IMG/VR virus record: IMGVR_UViG_3300049171_000081
Span: 1-64,000 of that record
Length of the DNA stretch: 64,000 nucleotides
DNA from: an uncultured virus (IMG/VR IMGVR_UViG_3300049171_000081)
Lineage: Duplodnaviria > Heunggongvirae > Uroviricota > Caudoviricetes
Reading direction: 5' to 3' (one strand)
Every line of letters starts with the position of its first letter. Within the stretch, counting starts at the first letter, position 1. This document shows positions 56,650-64,000 of this stretch, piece by piece. A program made the position numbers and the translations under genes. The notes below the pieces were generated by a model. That model was not told the origin of the DNA. It searched no databases and saw only the letters and a list, made by a program, of their open reading frames with translations.

Positions 56650-56955
56650 TTATCGACGTGTTTTCCGGATGGACGGACGTCCTTTGTTCAACCAGATATC
56701 CAGAGATTCAGCCAGCATTGTGACTGCGCGAGACAGGGATCCGACATTTTCCTGGGGCTGCTCAAGGAGTTTCTCAACAACTCGAAGATAACTGTGACAC
56801 ACCTCCTGTTCGGCAGACCCTTCCGGGTACTCGGAGATCCGCTGTGATATTCGGCTTCTCGCGGCATGCGCCGGGTTGAACACGTTGACTCCCGAGGAGG
56901 TGACGAATCCGCATCTGGTGAGTTCGTCCTGCAAGTTGACGGGAAACGCAGACAC
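56650..56955 (-). CDS. Hypothetical protein
   Basis: Fills the gap between terL and portal. Confidence 0.45.
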   Translation of the reverse strand: MSAFPVNLQDELTRCGFVTSSGVNVFNPAHAARSRISQRISEYPEGSAEQEVCHSYLRVVEKLLEQPQENVGSLSRAVTMLAESLDIWLNKGRPSIRKTRR

Positions 56956-56985
56956 GCCGTCAGCGGATAGCGGATCGAGGGTGGG

Positions 56986-59340
56986 TCAGTACGGCGAAAT
57001 GGAGTACTCCGAGTCGTCGTCGTTCAGGGCGTCGAGGACGTCGTGCACCGAATCCGAAACCGTGTCGCCGACGTCCAGGAGGCTGTCCGAGACGGGGGCG
57101 ACCGCGTAGGCGATGGCGTCGGAGTAGTCGGGGGAGCGGCCGTGCTCTTTCCTCATCTCTTCCTTGGAGAGGATGAAGAGGCGACCGTTCTTGATCTTGT
57201 AGAACACGATCTTCAGGTCGTCGGAAACCTTCTCGTCCGGATCCAGGATCTTCGCCGAACCGTTGCGCATCCTCTGGCGGAGCTGGTCGTACCAGTACGC
57301 ACGAGCGTTGCCGTAGCCGTAGACCGAGCCACCCGTGTTCGTGGGTGGAGCCGCCGAACCGTGCATCTCGTAGACGGTGAACCAGGGCTCCGGCAAGAGC
57401 ATGCTCCGGGCGTTCAGGGTGTCGACAACACCGGCACCCAGGCCGACGGCGTCGACCCGGATCTCCACCCAGGGTGCCTTCCGCTCCTCCTTCAGCCGCT
57501 CTGCAATTTCGAGGACCTTGTACGCCGACGAAACGGTGTCCGTGCCGGACCAGCTTTCCTCGACCTTCGCGGTGACTCCCGAGTAGGACGCGACCACCGT
57601 CTGGTCGGAACCGAAACGGGCGACGTCGACGCCGAGCCGGAGGATTGAGTGGAGCGCCGGAGCGGGGGGTTCGTCCCGGGCGTCGGCGATTACGTGCGGA
57701 GGGAAGAGACTCGACTGGGACTCCTGCGGGAACTCCGCCATGACCTTCGACAGGTAACGAGGATCGTTCTCGCCCCAGGAGTCGAGCCGGTCGGACACCC
57801 AGTCACGCGAGACCAGGACCTCGTTCAGCAGACGCGGAACAGGCTCCCCGGTGAAGTTCGGGGTGGTGTGGGCCGGGATGGAGATCCGGTTCCACAGATG
57901 CGCCGTGTTGCTGTCGAGGAAGTTTTTCCCGAATTCCGTGTTCCTGTCGTCCGGGTTACCGATCGCCAGGATGCGGCAGCCCATGTTGGTAGTGATGGCC
58001 TCGACACCCGTCCAGATTTCCTCCGGCACGCCACATGCCTCGTCCAGAAGAGCCAGGACGTACCTGCGGTGAATACCGTGGAACGAGTGACGGTCTCCCT
58101 TGGCGGGTTTGCGTCCGAACCCGACAATTTGGCCGTCTCCGAGCTTCCATTCGTCGGCCTGCGTCACGCGGCCCGGCATGGGGTAGTCGCCACGTGCTGC
58201 CGACGAGTGGTGCTTGCGAATCTCTTCCCAAAGAATCTTGTTCACCTGGGCATAGGTCGGCGCGGTCGAGACAACGATGGCCTGTCCTGGAGGCTTGGTG
58301 GAGACCCACCAACACGCGAGCACAGAGGCGATCATGGAGTTGTGCGTGGGTATCCCGGACTCCCCGCATAGGTAGAGATGATCCGGAGAGTCAACCTGTA
58401 TGCACTGAACGTGACGGTCGCCAACGGGCCTCACGTTTACGACACGCCATCCATCATCTCCCCACAAATCAGATCCGGACAGGAACTTGCACTGAGCCAG
58501 GGCCTGTTCGTCCTGATCGACGAGGAGGGTCGTGGCCCTCGTCCCCATCAGGGCAAGGTGATGCAGGTGCGAACCGTAAGACCGCTCTCTTCGGTAGACA
58601 GTGCGAATTCCCAGAGATTCCAGATGCCTCCTGGCTTCCTCCAGTTCTTGCACCCGACCTTCACGAGACCGCCAGAGCAGACTGGTCCGTCCGAGTGGGT
58701 CGAGCACTCCTCTTTCGCGCAAGAGTTCGGAGATCCACTCGTCCGGGTTCCAAAGCGGACCACGCGACTCCAGATCTGGTATCGAAGCGGGGATCACATA
58801 GGAATCACGTGAAGCCGCGAGTTCCCGGGTGGACAGATTCTTGGCTCGGTGATGCCACAGTCCCGTGTGGACCGTCACGCGAGCCCGATCCGAGCGAAGC
58901 TGTATCTGCGCGAATTCCCGGGAAGACAGGACCGGCCATATGTGATCACCAGAAGCCACGATCGTTTCCCGGACCCCGGCGTTCTCCAGAGTGACCTCGT
59001 ACGAGTCGGCCACGTGGTGACCTGTGGTGGCCACCACAGGCACGACGCTCCGGTCCGACCCGAGAACCTTCATCCCAGGTCGAATCTCCCCCATGGCAAC
59101 CAAACCTGACGGAGTATGAACGGGTTCGTCGAGTCCAAGAGCTTTGCCCGTTCCATGACAGGAGGCAACAACGGTCCTCTTGTTATGGATGAGGGAATCA
59201 CAGATTTCCTGCTGCTTGGACCAGAGGTGAACACCAAGAACATCTCGGGCCCATCCGGCGGGATCATTTGCCCATCCGGCTTGCCGAGCCTGATTGCGGA
59301 AGTATTCCTCGGCACCCGAAAAGATCTTCTCTTCCAGCAT
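56986..59340 (-). CDS. terL: Terminase large subunit (intein-containing)
   Basis: WSKQ, SCHGTGK|S Walker A, LDEACG Walker B, IGNP, GVDVARFGSD, SPDYSDA. Confidence 0.93.
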   Translation of the reverse strand: MLEEKIFSGAEEYFRNQARQAGWANDPAGWARDVLGVHLWSKQQEICDSLIHNKRTVVASCHGTGKALGLDEPVHTPSGLVAMGEIRPGMKVLGSDRSVVPVVATTGHHVADSYEVTLENAGVRETIVASGDHIWPVLSSREFAQIQLRSDRARVTVHTGLWHHRAKNLSTRELAASRDSYVIPASIPDLESRGPLWNPDEWISELLRERGVLDPLGRTSLLWRSREGRVQELEEARRHLESLGIRTVYRRERSYGSHLHHLALMGTRATTLLVDQDEQALAQCKFLSGSDLWGDDGWRVVNVRPVGDRHVQCIQVDSPDHLYLCGESGIPTHNSMIASVLACWWVSTKPPGQAIVVSTAPTYAQVNKILWEEIRKHHSSAARGDYPMPGRVTQADEWKLGDGQIVGFGRKPAKGDRHSFHGIHRRYVLALLDEACGVPEEIWTGVEAITTNMGCRILAIGNPDDRNTEFGKNFLDSNTAHLWNRISIPAHTTPNFTGEPVPRLLNEVLVSRDWVSDRLDSWGENDPRYLSKVMAEFPQESQSSLFPPHVIADARDEPPAPALHSILRLGVDVARFGSDQTVVASYSGVTAKVEESWSGTDTVSSAYKVLEIAERLKEERKAPWVEIRVDAVGLGAGVVDTLNARSMLLPEPWFTVYEMHGSAAPPTNTGGSVYGYGNARAYWYDQLRQRMRNGSAKILDPDEKVSDDLKIVFYKIKNGRLFILSKEEMRKEHGRSPDYSDAIAYAVAPVSDSLLDVGDTVSDSVHDVLDALNDDDSEYSISPY
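58339..59142 (-). mobile_element. Intein (268 aa, Ala1, class 3-type WCT motif) in the TerL P-loop
   Basis: GK|ALGLDEPVHTPSG ... ASGDHIW ... VQCIQVDSPDHLYL ... IPTHN|S. Confidence 0.9.
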
Positions 59341-59470
59341 GCGTGTCGCTCCTCCCGGGCTTCTCTCCATGCATACTGTCAGTACAGGTACAGTTTTCAG
59401 TAACACCCCCTCCGGATCAGCCGAGCGGCTGGACGGACCTCCACTTCCTCGGGGTGTTGCAATGCAAAAC

Positions 59471-59509
59471 CAGAAGCCCGCATGCATCCTTACGGCATGC
59501 GGGTTTCTG
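59471..59509. terminator. Hairpin
   Basis: CAGAAGCCCGCATGC / GCATGCGGGTTTCTG. Confidence 0.6.
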
Positions 59510-59773
59510 TTTTCGGGCAGCCTTCAGATGGAAATGTCGACAGGGTGTAGGTGGAAAAGGGGCCTCCGAGCTGCACCGGAGGGGGTGGGCAGAAGGAACG
59601 TTTCCTTCGCCTCCGCAAAGATCGAGCGTCGAGCGGTGTCGTCCGAGCGGATGGCCTGGGCCAGTTCAGACCCTACGGTTACCAGACAACTGTCAGAGCA
59701 GTTAAGCCGTTTCGGGTAGGAAAACCCCTGAACCAACTTTCATTCTCAAGCGGCCTGTGCCATTCTGAGGAGC

Positions 59774-60148
59774 ATGATGAAGAACATGTACCCGCAAGCG
59801 TGCAACGTCTGCGATGGTCATGTTTCCGCTGGGGAGGGTCACCTTCGGAAGACCGCGTCATCCGGCTGGAGCGTGACCCACGACACCTGTCCACACGGAC
59901 CCGTACAGCACGGCAACGCCAAGGCTTACACCCGGCGAGCAGTCCAAATCATGAATCGCACTGACGCAACTCGTGACGAGATCACAGAAGGTGTCGCGAT
60001 GCTTGCCGAACTGATGCGCACCGGGTGGGCTCCTCGTGAATCCTGCGAAAGGGTTGTGCTGAACGCTCGCGCAATCCGTGATTGGGATCGCCTGGGGGTC
60101 GAAATGCTCCTGCACGTCTTCACCCTGGAAGAGTCGGTCTCCTCCTAA
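59774..60148 (+). CDS. Hypothetical protein with N-terminal zinc finger
   Basis: KNMYPQACNVC..V.AGEG...H..C. Confidence 0.6.
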   Translation: MMKNMYPQACNVCDGHVSAGEGHLRKTASSGWSVTHDTCPHGPVQHGNAKAYTRRAVQIMNRTDATRDEITEGVAMLAELMRTGWAPRESCERVVLNARAIRDWDRLGVEMLLHVFTLEESVSS

Positions 60149-60441
60149 GGCTTCTTCAGTCCAAGCATCAACAGAAGTTCCCGAAGTTCCGTCTGAGCGT
60201 TGGGCCGCCCGTACGCCCAGGCCGACGCGGAGAGCATTGCCGATCGCAGGCAGCCCTCGCACTCTGTGCACGTGCACGGGGGTGCCGAGGGCTTCTCTTT
60301 TTCCGTCATAGACCTACGAGGTTACTGCACTTGCAAGTGGCCTAGGTCATGTGGTTTCGTAGAAGAGGTCAGGGCAACACACCCCGGTTGACCAACCGTC
60401 AGGGTGCCGCCCGACCTTGACACGGAAACGGAGAAGAAGAG

Positions 60442-60891
60442 ATGTCCAAGGCTTCCATGACCGCCGGTACCGCCCTCCTCGTTACCCTCGCCAGCGGTGT
60501 CACGTTCCTCCTCGCCACCCCGGCCACCGCCGAAGGGATGTGCCCCAAGGGCTGGCACGAGGTGGTGAAGGAGGAGATGATGATGAACTCGGACACGGAC
60601 CAGTACGAGCTGGCCACCATCACCGAGTGTGCCAAGGACGAACGTCCGTCCAACATCTCGGTCCGTACTTCCGTCACCGTCGACACCCACCTCCTGGACA
60701 ACAACCTCCAGAAGACCGGCAGCGGCCTGGTCCCCGCCGACCGTTTCGAGTACCTCGGCGAGAAGTTCCCCGGCCCGGACGGCAAGATGTACATCGCCAT
60801 CAAGCAGATCACCACCGGCAAGGGCGGCTGGGGCGAGAAGTACCAGGGCTGGATCCCCGTCGAGAACACGATCGACCCGGACATGTTCTGA
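60442..60891 (+). CDS. Secreted hypothetical protein
   Basis: Signal peptide ending PATA; RBS GGAGA. Confidence 0.7.
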   Translation: MSKASMTAGTALLVTLASGVTFLLATPATAEGMCPKGWHEVVKEEMMMNSDTDQYELATITECAKDERPSNISVRTSVTVDTHLLDNNLQKTGSGLVPADRFEYLGEKFPGPDGKMYIAIKQITTGKGGWGEKYQGWIPVENTIDPDMF

Positions 60892-61322
60892 TGTCCACCG
60901 TCTTCCGGGCCCGACAGGGGCGTGACCCGAACTTCTGGCCGGTCACCTACCACGTACCTCAGCTCCCCCTGAACGACCTCCAGCAGAAGGTCTCGGAGGA
61001 CCTGTTCGGGGTGGCATGCACCGCAGACGGATGGCTCGGCGTCGTCGAGGACATCAAGGACTTCAACGCCCGGCGAAAGTACTCCGGCGTCACGTGGACC
61101 CTGGGGTACGCCTTTCGTTCCGGACGACGGGGGCTGAAGTCCACCTGGTCCTGGATCCTCCCCGACGGAACCCTCCAGAGAGATCTGCCGGGAGGCTCCG
61201 AGCGCATCTTCTTCAAGGAAGTCTGCCAGGAACTGCTGGACGCCCATCAGGAGCCGGAGCGATTCGGCATCAGGGTGGAGCCGAGCGACTTCGCGGACAG
61301 GCTTCTGGAGAAGAAGAGCTGA
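60891..61322 (+). CDS. Hypothetical protein
   Basis: TGATG coupling; hairpin follows at about 61333-61364. Confidence 0.6.
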   Translation: MSTVFRARQGRDPNFWPVTYHVPQLPLNDLQQKVSEDLFGVACTADGWLGVVEDIKDFNARRKYSGVTWTLGYAFRSGRRGLKSTWSWILPDGTLQRDLPGGSERIFFKEVCQELLDAHQEPERFGIRVEPSDFADRLLEKKS

Positions 61323-61478
61323 ACAATCGACAAGGCCCCCGCCATCGGACCAGGGCGGGGGCCTCTCGGGGTGGCGCGGCCGACGACTGCCTGTTACATC
61401 CGCCGCGTAGTCGCAGACTGACACTCGAACGCGGCAAACTTACCCAACACCCCGCAAGTACAGAAGGGTTCCCCCCCA

Positions 61479-61868
61479 ATGGCCGATATTTCGAGCCTGA
61501 CCGACAACCAGATCGAAGCACTGCTGGAACGAGCGGAGTATGACAGCGAGGCGCGAATCCTGGGTTTCGTCTGGGGCGGTGACCCTGTGCGGTCTTACGG
61601 ATTCATCAAGGATGCCCCGGACTGGTGCACGGGCTACCACGCCTCAGGCGATCTGGTGACCCGAGACTGGTTCCGGCTGGCCGTGAAGGAACTCCGGAAA
61701 AGCCGGGGCAGCCTTCTCGGGGACGAGCCCCGGGTTGTCCGCGCATACTGGGACACTGTGCGGAACGATCCCTCCGAGTGGTCCAACGAGACCGTCCTGA
61801 CCCTGGCCTGCGTCGCACCCTTCCTCGGGGTCATGCAGGACATGGTGGACTCGGGTTGGGGCGACTGA
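61479..61868 (+). CDS. Hypothetical protein (DUF6221-like)
   Basis: LLER..YD..A start; VLTLACVAPF end. Confidence 0.55.
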   Translation: MADISSLTDNQIEALLERAEYDSEARILGFVWGGDPVRSYGFIKDAPDWCTGYHASGDLVTRDWFRLAVKELRKSRGSLLGDEPRVVRAYWDTVRNDPSEWSNETVLTLACVAPFLGVMQDMVDSGWGD

Positions 61869-61894
61869 ACGAAAAGGAAAAGGGAGGGTGAAGC

Positions 61895-62308
61895 ATGCTC
61901 AGTGCTGAACTGATCGAACAGGAACCGACGGCACTCACTCCGCAGGACCTGACTCCGGACCTCGGCTGCTACGAAGCCGGATACGACCCGGCCCTGCTTG
62001 GCGGCAGCCACACGCTGGCGGACCTGGTCCGAGCTTCCCGGAATGGGGGGAACCCGCGATGCCGCGAGACCGGCCTCGTGGTCTCTTGCGACTGCTCTCG
62101 CTGGTGGGGTACCCGAGGTGCCCGCGTCTGGCTCCCGTGCTGCGGCAAGGAGCGCCGCAGGGTGCAGAACCGTCAGGTGCTCGTCTGTCCAGAATGCCGA
62201 GTCCAGTGGCGCTACCACTATCTCGACACCGGGGATCACGTCTTCGTGTCTCTCGGGGTCAAGGCCAAGAAGACCAAGAAGGTCAGGATCCCGAGGTCGC
62301 GCCGATGA
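61895..62308 (+). CDS. Cys-rich zinc-ribbon protein
   Basis: RBS GGGAGGG; multiple CxC/CxxC. Confidence 0.55.
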   Translation: MLSAELIEQEPTALTPQDLTPDLGCYEAGYDPALLGGSHTLADLVRASRNGGNPRCRETGLVVSCDCSRWWGTRGARVWLPCCGKERRRVQNRQVLVCPECRVQWRYHYLDTGDHVFVSLGVKAKKTKKVRIPRSRR

Positions 62309-62745
62309 ACGATCCGCAGCATCTCCTCGACTGGCTGCTTGCAACCATCCGAGAACGGGAAGAGGCCGCAACGGCTGCGGCTCGACACTATGGCGGACGA
62401 TGGGTGCGGGGAATCCCGGAGCGTCACAAGGACCCTGGTCTTCGCTACGGATGGGACGAGGACTGGGTGCATCTGTCCGAGACGGATCCCCACCTCGGCT
62501 ACCAGTGCTTCAGCGACGAGATTGCCGTACTGACGGTTCTTCACGACTCCGAGTCGGTTCTGCGTCGCTGCAAGTCCGACCGGAAGCTCCTCGAACTCCA
62601 CGGAGGTCGAGGACACGGATGTCCCACCTACGACTACGACGGGGACCTGGACGAATTCGCCCGGTTCTACAACCATGAAGTCTGTCCAGTGATCAGCTCC
62701 CTCGCGGAGTCATATGGCTGGCGGGAAGGAGAGGGGGAGACGTGA
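62305..62745 (+). CDS. DUF6221-like protein
   Basis: HD.ESVLRRC..DRKLLELH...CPVISSLAESYGW. Confidence 0.7.
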   Translation: MNDPQHLLDWLLATIREREEAATAAARHYGGRWVRGIPERHKDPGLRYGWDEDWVHLSETDPHLGYQCFSDEIAVLTVLHDSESVLRRCKSDRKLLELHGGRGHGCPTYDYDGDLDEFARFYNHEVCPVISSLAESYGWREGEGET

Positions 62746-62957
62746 ACGACGACGACCTGTGCACTTCGGAATACCCCGGCGACAGCAACTTCGCCGGACA
62801 TCTCTGCAACCTGAAGGACAAGCACGAGGGCAACCATCTGGCACGTGGCATGGTCGGCCCCGGCTGGCGAATGGTCCTCGTCTGGACGCAGGACGGCAAG
62901 ATCCTCCCGTACGTCATGGAGAACACGGACGGAGCGAACCATGACCTCCTCCCCTGA
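62742..62957 (+). CDS. Hypothetical small Cys/His protein
   Basis: GTGA coupling; C...C.L..KH.G.H. Confidence 0.5.
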   Translation: MNDDDLCTSEYPGDSNFAGHLCNLKDKHEGNHLARGMVGPGWRMVLVWTQDGKILPYVMENTDGANHDLLP

Positions 62958-63270
62958 GAGGCGCACTCGCTGGCCTGCCGCCTTGCACCTTCAGCAGGCC
63001 GCAGATCGCGCCCGGGAGACCCTGCCGGAGTTCGAGACCAGTACGGGGGCTCTTGTTCAGCCGATCGCCGACTGGTTCGACAGAATGGCCAACAACCTCG
63101 CGGCGTGGGCCCCGTACCGCGACCACGAGGGCGGCTACAAATATTGGCAGATGGCGACACGGATGGCCCATGCCGCCCTCGATCTGGAAGTCGAGGCTGA
63201 CGTCTGTTCGGTCTGCCACACGCATACCTGGCCGGGCCCCCCGTCTCCCCTAAAAGAGGAGTCACGGTGA
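62941..63270 (+). CDS. Hypothetical protein
   Basis: Operon context. Confidence 0.5.
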   Translation: MTSSPERRTRWPAALHLQQAADRARETLPEFETSTGALVQPIADWFDRMANNLAAWAPYRDHEGGYKYWQMATRMAHAALDLEVEADVCSVCHTHTWPGPPSPLKEESR

Positions 63271-63554
63271 ACCATCCCGACGTTGCCGTTGTCGACTGCC
63301 ACAGCATCGAACTCGACAACGGCGAGAACCTCCGCCATCTCGGCGAAGGGAACTACCTGGAGCTGGACAAACACGTGGCAGGTCTCCGGCCCGGTACGTG
63401 GCTCGTCACCGGCTACCTGGGTGAGTACAAGGACCAGGCGACCCTCCGCCGACTCACTCACGAGGAGATCGAAGCGGCTTGGCGCAGCGTTGCCCCGTTC
63501 GTCGCCATCCTCGAAGAACACCTGTCGGACCTGGCAACGCCGGAGTCGGGATGA
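63267..63554 (+). CDS. Hypothetical protein
   Basis: GTGA coupling; RBS AGAGGAG. Confidence 0.55.
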   Translation: MNHPDVAVVDCHSIELDNGENLRHLGEGNYLELDKHVAGLRPGTWLVTGYLGEYKDQATLRRLTHEEIEAAWRSVAPFVAILEEHLSDLATPESG

Positions 63555-63811
63555 GTCGTTGCACCTGCGGTCAAATCGCCCTCGGGGCGATCGCGATTGA
63601 CGTCCACAATTGGGATCCAAGCTGTGTCGAACACGGAATCGCTTCGACCTGGTGGAACTCGACAGATCAGCAATCTGCGCGTGCGATCAGGCGTGAACAG
63701 TCGATCGATCTTCAGCGTCGTGCACGAGACGTCCGCAGATCAGCTACGTGGGCGAGAGTATCGGCCAGTCATGAAACGCAGGAACCTGCGGAAAGGGAGA
63801 AGAGGGCGTGA
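63551..63811 (+). CDS. Hypothetical protein
   Basis: ATGA coupling. Confidence 0.5.
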   Translation: MSRCTCGQIALGAIAIDVHNWDPSCVEHGIASTWWNSTDQQSARAIRREQSIDLQRRARDVRRSATWARVSASHETQEPAEREKRA

Positions 63812-64000
63812 CAGAAAAGACAGGCAAGCGCGACAGGAGCCCGGCGGACACCCTGGCGGACGCAGCCAAGTTCTTGCGGGAAATGAGGATGATCTCCAGC
63901 GCGTTCACCACCAACAGCTCGACAGCTCGTTACCTGTCCGCGCGAAAGGCCGTTGCTCTCGTTCTCCAGAGCGCGGCAGACGCCTGGGCCGAAGACCCCG
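63808..64000 (+). CDS. Hypothetical protein (3'-partial)
   Basis: GTGA coupling; open to the window end. Confidence 0.45.
   Translation, partial: MTEKTGKRDRSPADTLADAAKFLREMRMISSAFTTNSSTARYLSARKAVALVLQSAADAWAEDP

Larger units (their letters stand above)
1..64000. mobile_element. Siphovirus-type actinophage, prophage or phage-plasmid segment (ends not visible)
   Basis: Terminase, portal, protease, capsid, tail tube, TMP and tail proteins plus PolA/primase/RecT module; no host housekeeping genes. Confidence 0.93.

Noticed and set aside
59341..59487. N-terminal extension of TerL to 833 aa
   Set aside because: ATG at 59340 has a GGGAGGAG RBS, and the extension overlaps hairpins

Overview
High-GC, actinobacterial (most likely Streptomyces-type) phage-like element filling the whole window. 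I saw no host housekeeping synteny, integrase, CRISPR array or rRNA. 1-5.6 kb (+): membrane proteins and three exported peptidoglycan hydrolases (SLT, M23, NlpC/P60), a module that looks more like transfer/secretion than holin-endolysin lysis. 5.6-22 kb (+): replication and recombination genes (RHH and XRE regulators, UvrD-like helicase, DEDD exonuclease, a glycosyltransferase, Cas4-like nuclease, RecT-like annealase, primase-helicase, family A DNA polymerase, RuvC-like resolvase). 22-39 kb (-): siphovirus head-tail and tail module with two glycosyltransferases inserted. 39-51.8 kb: accessory block splitting the morphogenesis genes (dCTP deaminase, an ATP-grasp RiPP precursor plus maturase, many small ORFs, HTH regulators). 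51.9-59.3 kb (-): capsid, decoration, protease/scaffold, portal and a large terminase carrying an Ala-initiated class 3-type intein. 59.8-64 kb (+): small ORFs. Highlights: a probable virion O-glycosylation system (three GTs, with four structural proteins all ending in Ser), a phage-borne graspetide cassette, a +1/-2 tail-chaperone frameshift, a tRNA-like element at 956-1025, an atypical PolA active site and many leaderless genes. All product calls come from motif recognition only; no database search was run.
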